Shown here one piece after another: positions 22,782-33,239 of a DNA stretch of 64,000 nt. The stretch is from positions 70,363 through 134,362 of the forward strand of contig RQSC01000116.1 in the NCBI GenBank assembly GCA_013416795.1, written 5' to 3'. The stretch comes from Prasinococcaceae sp. CCMP 1430. Lineage: Eukaryota > Plantae > Prasinodermophyta. A model generated the notes under the pieces. It saw nothing but the letters and a program-made list of their open reading frames with translations. It had not been told where the DNA came from and searched no databases. A program made the translations under genes and the position numbers. Position 1 is the first letter of the stretch. Each line of letters starts with the position of its first letter.

Positions 22782-24695
22782 ATGGTAGGGTTCCTAATCT
22801 CTGGCGACGAGAGGAGAAAGCGCGCGCGCGCGGCGCCGTGTCGGAACCCAAACCCAAACCCAAACCCAAACCCAAACCCAAATGCACGGGGCGCGCGGGC
22901 GCGGGCGGAGGGGCGCGCGCGCGGGCCCGACGCCGCGGCGGACGGCATCGTGAGCCCAGCAGCGTTCGCGGCCGTCGCGGGGGCGCTGGTGGTGGTCAGC
23001 GCGCTGCTCGTTGCGCTGCTCGCACAGCGCTGGCTCGCGAGCGGCGCCGGCTCGGCCGGCGCAAACGCAGCCAAGGCGGCGCCCGAGGTGGCGCCCGAGG
23101 CGGCACCCGCGTGCAAGAAGCAGCGAAGCGCACAAGAAGATGATCCCGCGCAACGAGTGGGGCGCGCGAGGTCGGACTGCAGCGCCTCGGAAGATCAGGC
23201 CAGCGCCGGTCGGCCCTCGCGAACGAGCTCTGCGACGTCCTCAAGCGGCGGCGACGACGCAGGCGGAGCGGACCCTGCCGCCCGCCCCGAAACGACCGCC
23301 CAGAGCCAGCCCAAGGGGTTGTCTTCTTCGCAACAGCGCAGGCGCAGGAGGAAGGCCGCGCGAGAGGCGGCGGCGAGCGAGTGCGCGACCGCGGCTGAGA
23401 TCACGGCCACAGCCGAGGTCACCGCGCTCTCGGCCGCGCCCGCCACCGATCTACCCGTCTCTTCGATCGTCGAGACGACGCGCTCTACCCAGGAGCCCAT
23501 CGTCGCACAGGCCTCCGACTCCGACTCGATTGACCTCCCGACGCCGGCGGACTTCGTACGCTCGGCCGATGTCGTCGCAGCTAGAGTTGCCGCCGTAGGA
23601 CCCGCGTCCGCCATCGCGCACGCGGCCACGCCCACCATCGGCGCCACCACTGGCACCGAGGGAAAGCTCTCCAACAGCGGCCAGGTGAACTCGCTATCGG
23701 GGGCGGACGCCCGCAATGATCAGCCAGACGTGCCGATGGTCGGGCCTGCGCGCTCGGGAACCGCGCCCGAGTCGAGCAGGCGCCCAAAGAGCGCATTCAA
23801 CTACTCCAAGAAGTACGCGGCGGCTGCGGCCACAGCAAAGCGCGCGCAGGCGAAGAAGCGTGCCTCGAGCATCGGTGATCCATCCGCCGCGGTGATGGCA
23901 GCGCCCGCGGCCAAGGCGGTCGCGATGCCCTCGACGGGCACGGTGGCGGCCGCCGCGCAGCAACAGATGCGCGCCCGGCTCGTGCAACAGGTCGCCCAGA
24001 CTGCACAGGCCAACACCGCGGGACGAGTCAGTGTGCCTGCGCGCGCGCAGGCTCTCGCACGGACTGGCGTCTCCCAGGTCGCTTTGCCCACCGCTGCCGT
24101 GGCGGCGCCGGTCGCGCCCGCGGGGATTGCGTCGCATCGTCCCGCTACTGCAAGTGGCAGAGTTGGCTGGGGCGATGCGAGGCGCGCGGATGCCCAGCAA
24201 GCGTCGAGGAGCTCGACGTACGCCCCCGCACAGGGTGCATCCCACACGCAGCAAGTGACGACGTCTGTGCCTGCCAGCATGCCCATGTCGAACACTGCGC
24301 TTCCAGGGCCGCCTGCGCCCCAGCCATCGGCGAAGGGGAGCCACGGCAGCACCGGCGCAGCGAGCGGCGGCATAGATAGAGTGGCGTTTGACGAAGGTCA
24401 CACGGCCGCCTTCAGTTTCGGAGGGTTCTTCGCGGGCATAGCCGGGCTCGCCACGAGTGATGCGGATGCCATCAGTGGCTCGTCCTCGCAGGGAGAGGGC
24501 GACAGGCGTGGGAGGCGCCACTCGGCGCCCAAGTCAGCGGAGTGGATCGACTCACAGGTGTGGGGATCCCCGCGCGCGAGAAATGCAGCTGCCAACGCGG
24601 GCCAGGCGAGTGGAAAGCAACTGTTTGCTGCCGCTCAGTCTGGCGATAGCTTCGACCGCCACGCCGAGGCTCTCCTACCGAGCAACCTGCTGTAG
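22782..24695 (+). CDS. Single-pass membrane protein with a long low-complexity A/S/P tail (start uncertain)
   Basis: Hydrophobic helix AAFAAVAGALVVVSALLVALLA followed by a disordered-type sequence; 648-codon open frame. Confidence 0.6.
   Translation: MVGFLISGDERRKRARAAPCRNPNPNPNPNPNPNARGARARAEGRARGPDAAADGIVSPAAFAAVAGALVVVSALLVALLAQRWLASGAGSAGANAAKAAPEVAPEAAPACKKQRSAQEDDPAQRVGRARSDCSASEDQASAGRPSRTSSATSSSGGDDAGGADPAARPETTAQSQPKGLSSSQQRRRRRKAAREAAASECATAAEITATAEVTALSAAPATDLPVSSIVETTRSTQEPIVAQASDSDSIDLPTPADFVRSADVVAARVAAVGPASAIAHAATPTIGATTGTEGKLSNSGQVNSLSGADARNDQPDVPMVGPARSGTAPESSRRPKSAFNYSKKYAAAAATAKRAQAKKRASSIGDPSAAVMAAPAAKAVAMPSTGTVAAAAQQQMRARLVQQVAQTAQANTAGRVSVPARAQALARTGVSQVALPTAAVAAPVAPAGIASHRPATASGRVGWGDARRADAQQASRSSTYAPAQGASHTQQVTTSVPASMPMSNTALPGPPAPQPSAKGSHGSTGAASGGIDRVAFDEGHTAAFSFGGFFAGIAGLATSDADAISGSSSQGEGDRRGRRHSAPKSAEWIDSQVWGSPRARNAAANAGQASGKQLFAAAQSGDSFDRHAEALLPSNLL
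22845..22882. repeat. (AACCCA)6 telomere-like hexamer microsatellite
   Basis: Six perfect copies plus AA, seen directly. Confidence 0.95.
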
Positions 24696-25290
24696 TCGCC
24701 CTACCATGCCGACGCGCCCGCCCGCTGCATTTGCAGCGCGCAGGGCGATACCACCACCGTTCCGCCGCCCTCGGCCCAGACTTGACAACCAGCTCACATC
24801 GACCCAGGCCCCTTTGATACCCAACTCTCGGATGCAGCCGTCCGCCACCAGCGACGCACATCCCTGCCTGATCCCACATACTGTCCTCAAAGGAACCCCA
24901 CCAAAGCCCTCACACACACAAATTCACTTCCCCTCCCCTCCCACCCGTACCCCCTACCCCGTTCCCTCATTCCCTTTTCGCCGCTGTCGCGCAGCGCGCG
25001 GCCGCCCCTCGCTCGTGCTGGGCTCCATCCAAGCGCGCGACCGACGGCCGACCGCACCCCAAGACGCTATCTGTTAATCGCAATCTGTTTCTTCTGGTTG
25101 CCCACGCTGAGCATGCTGAGCGCGGCGCGTGCGCGAGATGTTGGTTGAGCGAGCCGCCCATTCATCTTCCCAGCTGAACACGCGCATGCACCCCGCGTAT
25201 GCGTTACAGCGCTTGTGCGCGCATGTGTGAATGCGCACGCGGGTGCGAGTGCTCGGGGTCGTTTATTACTGCCGTGCGCGTCACGACTCG

Positions 25291-26969
25291 TCAGGCTCTG
25301 CCGAGCACCGCCTTCGAGGCCTCCACAAGCCGGCTGTTGCCGGCGGCGGCGTTTCCCACTCCTGCCGCCATGCCCGCGATGGCCACCGTGCCGCCCACGA
25401 TGGCGCACACGCTGGTAAGAAATTCAGCGAGGCTCGAGCGGCTGTCGACCACGTGCACGCGAATGGGCCAGATTTCATAGTGGAAGTACACGCCGGCCTT
25501 CTTGCCGTCGCCACCACCCATCAAGGCCGCAACGGACGACCCCCCCGTCGATGTGGTCTCGGTGTAGCTGTACTGGTTAGTGTGCGTGTCGCGGCCACCG
25601 CGGTGGTACGTGGTTGGCACGACTTTGAGGAACTGTACGGCTCGCGCCGGCGTCGGCGGCGCGGCCAGTCCTGTCAGCGCTGCACACGCACTTTCATGGG
25701 CGAGAGAGCAGGGGGAACGCCAGGTCAAAGCGCACGCATGCTGCGTGGGCAGCGCGTGCAAAACATAGAGCCGATACTTTGGGGAGGCGCTGACATGCAC
25801 TGGGCGTCACGTACATACTGCGTCGCCAGGCCGCTGGCTGCGTGCACGCGCCGTGCGCCGCTCAGCGGCTCGACCTTGCCCGGGTACGCCGCGCCAAAGC
25901 TCAGCCCATGGATGGTGTGGCTCATGTTGAAACCTGCCGGATCGAGCTGCATCTGCACGATCTGGCCGTTCGACAGCGAGAGCGTGCGCCCGGGATTCAC
26001 CTGTATGTGGCCCGACAGCTTGGAGACCTCCATGTAGCCCTCCATGTGGCAGCCCACGACCGAACCGCCCTCGCGCTTCATGCGATCCACGTCGGCCTGC
26101 ACCTTGCCCATCGACTCGAGCAGCTCGCCCATGAAGTCGACTTGCAGCATGCTTTGGCGAATCTCGAGGGCCGAGCCGCCCCCGCCGCCGCCCAGGTCGC
26201 GCGCGAGCAGCCGCCGGCTGCCCGCTGCGCCAAGCGCCACCTCCTCCCCTTCGGTGCCGTCGTCTTCTCTCCCGCCGCCCCCGCCGCTGCTGCTGCCGCC
26301 GCCACCTGCGAGCTTCGCCGCCGCGCGTGCCGCGTGCTCGCGCTCCTCGTCGGCGGGCGAGCGGCCACCCCCCCCACCTCCGCCGGCCTTGCCACCCCTG
26401 TTCCAGTGGAAGGCCTCGCGCATGAATTCCGCGATTGTCGAGTGACCGGGCGTCGCGTGCGCGCCAGGTGTCGAGCCAGCCCCTCCTCCCTCCGTGCCGC
26501 CGCCGCCGGCCCTACCGCCCTCGGCCGCGTCACCGCCGCTGACGCCCCCGCCGTCGCCCCCGCCACGCTCGTTGGCCCTCCCCCTCTGCGCGTCGCCGAC
26601 CCTTCTACTGGCGGTGTCGACGTCCCACTTGTGCACGTGGCTAGCCATGAGGTCGAGTACGAAGTCGCCGCTTGAGTCGAGCGCCTCGAGAGACACCAGC
26701 TCGCACGGCACGGCGTGGAAGGTCACGTTGAGCTCGACGTGCAGCTTCTCGGCCCATGCGTCGCGCCCCGAGTCGACGGTGAGCGACGTGCGCTGCGTGC
26801 GCGAGAGGTGGTAGTGCGCCTCGGAGAGGAAGAGCGCTCCGCACGCGAGCGCGCACGCGAGCGTCACCGCGCCGCCCAGCCGCGTGCGCACGACAAAGTC
26901 GTCGCCCACCTTGGGGAAGGCGTCGAGGGAGCGCGCGACCGACCGCGCCGACGCCGCGAGGGACGCCAT
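25291..26969 (-). CDS. ERGIC3: ER-Golgi intermediate compartment protein (ERGIC3/Erv46 family), intron 25814-25633
   Basis: LDAFPK..RTRLGGAVT, LNVTFHAVPC, GCHMEGYMEVSK, FNMSHTIHGLSFG, QY|FLKVVPT, GVYFHYEIWPI, EFLTSVCAIVGG. Confidence 0.88.
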
Positions 26970-27153
26970 CGCCCGCGCGGCGCGCGCAGCCGCGCGTGAT
27001 CGACGCCGCAGGGCGCGCGCGCCGTGTGGCGCGGCATGAAGGAGAGCAGGCCCTCGCTGGCGCAGCCGAAGGGGAAAAAAAAAAAAAAAGCTCGGTGCGC
27101 CGGCCGCTGCTGCAGGGGCGCAGGCAGCGGCACGGTGGGTGTGAGGGTGGGTN

Positions 27154-30100
27154 CCGCTGCGCCGCCGACACGGACGCATGCGCCGACGCCAGCGCAGCAG
27201 CGGCGGCCGGGGGCGCGCGACGAGCGAGCAGCACTGCAGCAGCTCAGGAGAGAGGCATGGGAGCGCCACCAGGCGCGGCGAGCAGCAGCGGGCGAGCACT
27301 CGCAGGAGCAACAAGGGGAGGGGCAGGAGCAGCACGAAGAGCAGTGGCAGCGGCGGAGACCGCGGCGGCGGCAGCCGCCACCCGGCGAACCCTCAGCGCG
27401 CCATGCCAAGGGTCATTCGCGGGGCGCTCTGTACCCGCGCATCGCAAGGGAGGCCGCCACCGCTCATGAAGTCGACGCCGACCACCTCGGCAGCGAAAGT
27501 GGCGGTGCCGATGGCGGCAGCGTGCGAAATGCACACAGCACGCGCGGCTCTCGCGGCCAGGGCTACGCGCGTGGCTTCGAGCCGCGCGGACGCACTCGGG
27601 GTGCCGCGCACAGTCGCGCCAGCTGCAGCTCTCCCGACGGCCAGTACAGTGCGTCTCTTTCGTCAGCGCGCGCGTGCAGCGCTGCACGCCGAGCGATGCA
27701 GCCGGGGGGTGCTGGGACACTGCTCGACGGGTGGCTCGGCGGTGAGGACGCACGCGTGTCGCTCGATGCTCGTGGTGGGAGTGAGGATGAAAACGACGAC
27801 ACGGCCTTCCTGTCGTCGCTCGCAGACGCGCCCAATGCGCGCCCGCGCGTGAGTGCGCGCCGCGAGCTCAACCGGCGTTTCCGTGAGACACGCCGCTCAG
27901 AGTGGGCGCGTCGCCGCGCAGCGGAGCTGCTCTTTGAGCCCGATGCATTTGACCGCGGCATGCGCGCACTGCAGCGGCTCGCCACGCGAGCGCCCTCGCG
28001 CCCGCTGCTCGAGGCTCTTCTGGGCGCGTGCAACATGCCCTGGCCGGCGATCGATGAGGTCGGGCAGCGCGCAGGTGGTCAGAAGTGGCGCACGGAGTAT
28101 CCACGTGGGGACGATGAGGTGAGCGCGCGCTCCCGCTGCGACCATAGCGCGACCGCGCGCGGAGTAGCGTATCTGTGGCATCTGACGCATCCCCTTCGCA
28201 CTACTAACGTGCACTCGCAGGACGAGTGGCACAGTGTTGATGATGGCCTGCGCGAGATACCGCTCTGGGAGTTGAGGAGCATGGGAGCAGCCCAGCTCGC
28301 CGCAGCAGCGCGCGCAAGAAACGTGCACGTCCATGGACTCGTCCCGCCGGACAGCGCCGCCGGAGGCGAGGCGCCGATCCCGCCTCCGGGCGTCGACGAG
28401 CTCGTGGAGGCGCTTACGCCAGCGCTCGCGCGCGAGAGGCAGGATGAGGCAGACATGGCAAACTCACGACGCTCTGAAGTCATCGGCGTGGAATGGCTGC
28501 CACGCTCGGAGGCGCACGAGGTCATCTTCGCGCTCTTTGTGGAGTGGGCAGCGCGGCCGGCTGCGGATGGTGGCGGCGCGGGTGCGGGCATTGCGCACGA
28601 AAGCGACGACGCACGCGATTTGGACCTGCTTGAGGGAAGCAGCGGGGACGCGCACGCGGGCCTCGACAGTCTCTTCACGTCCGACGAGGGCGAGCGGGGG
28701 CGCGCGAGCGAACGAGCTAACCGCAAACTCGGCAAGCGGAGCAACGCGAGCACGCGTGGGGCGGGGAAGGCCGCTGGGCGCAGCCTTGCGGCGGTGTCGC
28801 CTACTTACCTTGCTCTGGCCGAGAGCGCCGACATGCGCGCCCCGCACGAGTGGTTCCCGCTCGCGCGGGGCATGCGCCGGCGCGTAGTGTACCACGCGGG
28901 CCCGACGAACAGCGGCAAGACGCACGACGCGCTTCAGCGCTTGGCTGGTGCAGAGAGCGGCGTGTACAGTGGCCCGCTTCGCCTGCTGGCGATGGAAGTC
29001 TTCGAGAGGCTCAATGCCGCCGGCGCGTACTGCTCGTTGCGCACGGGCCAGGAAAAGACCCTGGTACCGTTCGCGAGACACGAGAGTGTGACGGCAGAGA
29101 TGCTACGCCTCGACCGCGTGGTCGACGTGGCTGTGGTGGACGAAGTGCAGCTCATGGGCGACGCTGAGCGCGGCTGGGCGTGGACGCGCGCTGTGTGCGG
29201 CCTCCCGGCGGCTGAGCTCCACCTGTGTGGCGATCCCTCGGCCCTGCCGCGCGTTCGTGAGATCTGCGAAGCAACGGGCGACGAGCTCACAGTGGTCGAG
29301 CACACCCGTCACACGCCCCTGGCGCTGGAGCCGGGTTCTCTCGAGGGCGACCTCAGGCGCGTGCAGAAGGGCGACGCTGTGGTGACCTTCTCGCGGCGGG
29401 ACATATTCGACACCAAGGCGCTCATCGAAGCACACACGGGCCTCAAGTGCGCGGTGGTGTACGGCAACCTGCCGCCCGAGATGCGCTCGCAGCAGGCGCG
29501 CCTTTTTAACGAGCCAGAAGGCGGCGCTGACGTGCTGGTGGCTTCGGACGCCATCGGCATGGGCCTCAACCTCAACATACGACGGGTGGTCTTTCTCACC
29601 GCCTCAAAGTACAACGCGGCTGCCAGGAAGGTGCGGGCGCGCGCGTGCATGCGAGAGCACGAGCATGCGATGGAGCGAGCGTGCTTGCATTCATATGCGT
29701 GTACGTGCACTGACTGAGCCTCGCCGACGATGCAGGCGGAGCCACTGAGCACCAGCCTCGTGAAGCAGATTGCCGGGCGTGCAGGGCGGCGTGGTACTGC
29801 GTGGGAACACGGCCGCGTCACCGTGCTCAAGCCGCAGGACCGCGCCTTCATCGAGGAGTGTTTGGCCACCGAACTGCCTCAGCTGGACAAGGCAGGCCTG
29901 CACCCCTCGTGGGAACAATTCGAAGAATTCGCGCGTCGATTGTGCGCCGGTCGCGCGCGCATGATGCGTGAGGGACTTGACGATCCCGACGTGGTTGACC
30001 CCAAAGCGCTTCGTCGTGCTGGCTCAGAGGCGGATCTGAGCGTTGAGGGGACGGCCTCTCACGCCGACGGAGATGACGTGCCGTTCCCGCGGCTGCTCGA

Positions 30101-31048
30101 CCATTTCCAACAGAGCGCGCGCGTGGACGGCTCGACGTACTTCCTGTCCAACTTCGCGACTATTCGCGCGCTCGCGCAGCGCCTGGAGGCCGTGTCGGGG
30201 CTGTCACTTGAGGCGCGCTTTTCATTCTGTTTCGCGCCGGTGGCACTGAACATGGCTCCTGTGATGGCGTCGTGGATGGGCATGGCACGCGCACTGGCGA
30301 CCGACGGACGCGTGCTGCTGGAGCACGCCGAATGCCATGCGCTCGGTGCCCCTGGGGAGGTGCCCAAGACTCATCTCGAGCTGCACGCATTGGAGGCCAT
30401 GCACCAAAAGGTGCGTCGCTGCTGCGCTCGACAGCACTCGCGCGCGCGCTGTTGCACCTCTTTCTGCGCGCTTCCTGCTGCTCTCTACTGACGTCTCTTG
30501 CCTGCATCGCCCACTCGCTTTTCTGCCTGCGCGCCAACGCTCGTGCGCAGCTCTCCCTGTACCGCTGGTTGAACATCCGCTTTGGCGAGAGCGCCTTTCC
30601 CCAGCGCCTCGAGGCAGACATGCTCGCGAGCGACGTCGAAGGAAAGATGGCGGCGGGACTCGCCGAGCTCACTGAGCGTAACATGCGCGAGAGGTCGAAG
30701 TTTCAGGAGCACGTGCAGGGGCTCGGCGAGTGGACCAATCCCGAGCTTGAGGCGGAGCTTATCAAAAGAGGTGCCAAGGTGAGCACACGAAGCGTCATGA
30801 TAAACCGCCTGGCGAAGCTTCTCGCGCGCGATAGGGTCGACGCCGATGACAAGGACCATGACGATGCTGTAGAGGACGCTGGTGCCGGCATCGATGCGGT
30901 GAATCGCGGCAACGGCGACGATGACGCTGGCGTGCGCGGTGCAGGAGGCGGCGGGCGGGCTGGAAGGCGGGGTAGCGAGCGAGCGCGCAGCCGCACAGTC
31001 CGTGGCACCAAGCGGGACGACAGGGCAGCCCTGAGGCGCCAGCAGTGA
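27154..31048 (+). CDS. SUV3: SUV3-like mitochondrial RNA helicase with long N- and C-terminal extensions; introns about 29631-29735 and 30411-30551; 5' end interrupted by N at 27153
   Basis: [75 protein letters not shown]. Confidence 0.92.
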
Positions 31049-31223
31049 GGAGAAAGCGGTGTAACATATGATTTGTACCTTGTCAATCCATAGCTGTGGT
31101 AGTTGTATCCCTTGTGGGACCACGTCGCTCGGAGGCGCGAGCGTGCATCGCGGCGTGTGGGCGCGCGTGCACCCACATCCCGCCTTCATCATTACTGAGG
31201 ACGCACGCCCGCCCCTCGTGCCG

Positions 31224-32342
31224 TCAAAACCCTTGGAAGACCCTGCCCGCGCCGCTGGACGCCGTGACCTCGCGCATGAACGCCCCCCACACATCGGCAT
31301 CGAATCGACCGTTCTTCGCGCTCGCGCGAGCGTCTGTTGCGGGCACGTCACGAGCGTCGCGCTCTGCGTCGCACTTAGCCGCCACCACCAATGTTGGCAC
31401 CGGCAGCTGCGGCAGCACACCACCACCGCCGCCGCCACCACCGCCGCCGTCCTCTGCCGAAGGCAAAGGGTGTGCGACGAGTGGGCTGCCCGAGGGGTTT
31501 ACGGGCGTGGCACTGCGTGCGGGCAAGCGTGAGAACGAGCCAGCGTGTCGGCGTGTGAGGGGTGCGTGTGCACGTGCGGCCTGTGGTCAGTCACATGTGC
31601 GCGCCAACGCGCGCGCCGGTGGTGGAGCTGCTTTGTGCATGCACAGAGGCGACCCGAGCAGATCCGCGTCGGTAGCGTCGTTCCTCGCACCTGCTACCGC
31701 CCATGTCGCCCGCCAGCATCTGCTCGAGCTCGCTCGCATACGCGTGCTCGTGCATGTCGCTACCGTTATTGGGAGTCGACGCCGGTGGGTGCACGGCGCC
31801 GCCGCGGTCGAAGGAGGCGTGGCGCGCGATGTCGGACGCCCATTCGCGTAGTGCGCCGCGAGTTCGCGGACGCTGCCAACCCCCAACGGTGGGCCGATGA
31901 TGGTGTGAGCCCGTGTCAGAACCACGCACGTGCATGCCTGATGGCGCAGGCCGATGGTCAGTCTCTGCGGCGCGCCACGCACCTTGGCGTCCCACACATA
32001 GACCACTCCTGCGACCCGCTCGTAGAATGTCTTCCTCAGCTGCGCGCGAGAGCGGTCGCCACCGACGTCCCACAGCTCGATGATGGCGGGCGCATCGCCA
32101 CTCTCCGCCGCCACCGCCGCGTCGTTGCCACCGATGGCCACGCAGCGCACGCTCGCGCCCACCGTGCGCGTGAGGTCCGACAGCGCCACCGCGTGCCCCC
32201 CTCCACCCCCGCCCGTCGCGATGGTTTCCACGAACGCCGTCTTGCCGACGCCTTCGTCACCCACCACCAGCACACGAGCGGCCGCCGCGCCACCGCCCAC
32301 GGCAGCGGGCGCCGCGCGCGCCCCGCGCCTCGCAAGCGCCAT
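31224..32342 (-). CDS. RABL3: Rab-like small GTPase, RABL3/LIP1 type (2 introns)
   Basis: VLVVGDEGVGKT, RTVG, IELWDVGG, RKTFY, exon 2 ALREWASDIA, exon 3 VPTLVVAAKCD. Confidence 0.72.
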
Positions 32343-33239
32343 CAGCGGCGGCGTGCGAGCACGCACAGGAGGCAGTGGGGGGCAGCGGCCACTGGAAGCG
32401 CCCGCGCAGCACTCGCAGGCGCGGGCGTGGCGGACGGGCGGGCCAGCGGGCCACCCGCCGGCCGGCCCGTACGACTGAGACCGCGCGCGGGGGCGCGCCG
32501 GCGCGCTCCCAATCGGGTAGCAGAAGGGGGGGGGGGGGGCTGCGAGGGGAAGGGGAGCGAGCGCCGCGAGCCCACCCTCTGGCGCCGCAGCAGCTCCGAG
32601 GAGTCGCGCAGCGCACCGCTGCGCATGCGAGCGTCCGCTGTAAGATAGTGATTTGAATCCGCATATCGTGTAACCACGGGAGCCTGCTCCCGACGATTGA
32701 CATTTCGGGGGCTTTTCTCTTTGCCTTTGACCTGTGAGGGGAAAGCGGGTTCGTTTTGATGTGCGTTTCCTCCCACGCGCGAGTTAGCAGTCGGCGTGTC
32801 GGAGGAAGTTTGCGGCGGCGGGCTGCGCCGCGCGGCCCGTGGTGAGGACGTCGGCAAGCGCTGCGCGCCACTCGTCTGCCGGGCGGCCGCAGGGAGGGGG
32901 GCGAGCGGCGAGGCGCAGCATTCATGGGAGGCTACGAGGGACGGGGGGGAGGCTGCAAACTCTGCCGGCGGCGGGCGGTCACCGCATGTGAGAGCGCGCC
33001 CCGGCGTGTGTGGAGATGATCGGGCGGCGAAGTGGCGCGCGGCCAGTGTTGACAGCGGCCGGGCTGCGAGGGGCTCGGGGGGGTGCATGCGGCGGGCCGC
33101 ATCGACTTCGAGAGCCGCCGGGTACTGCTTTCCCTGGAGCGCGCGTCATAGCGCACGTGCTGTGCGCGCGCTGCCTTGACCAGCAGCGGGGCCTGGCCAG
33201 CCCTGTGGCCTGGGTGGCTCGCCGTGGCGACGTAACAAC

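Noticed and set aside
22845-22882. Possible chromosome end or fusion site
   Set aside because: Only six hexamers, flanked by ordinary gene sequence on both sides
27024-27153. ORF-track start of SUV3 upstream of the N
   Set aside because: The segment is the A-tract promoter/5' region of ERGIC3; frame continuity across the N cannot be trusted
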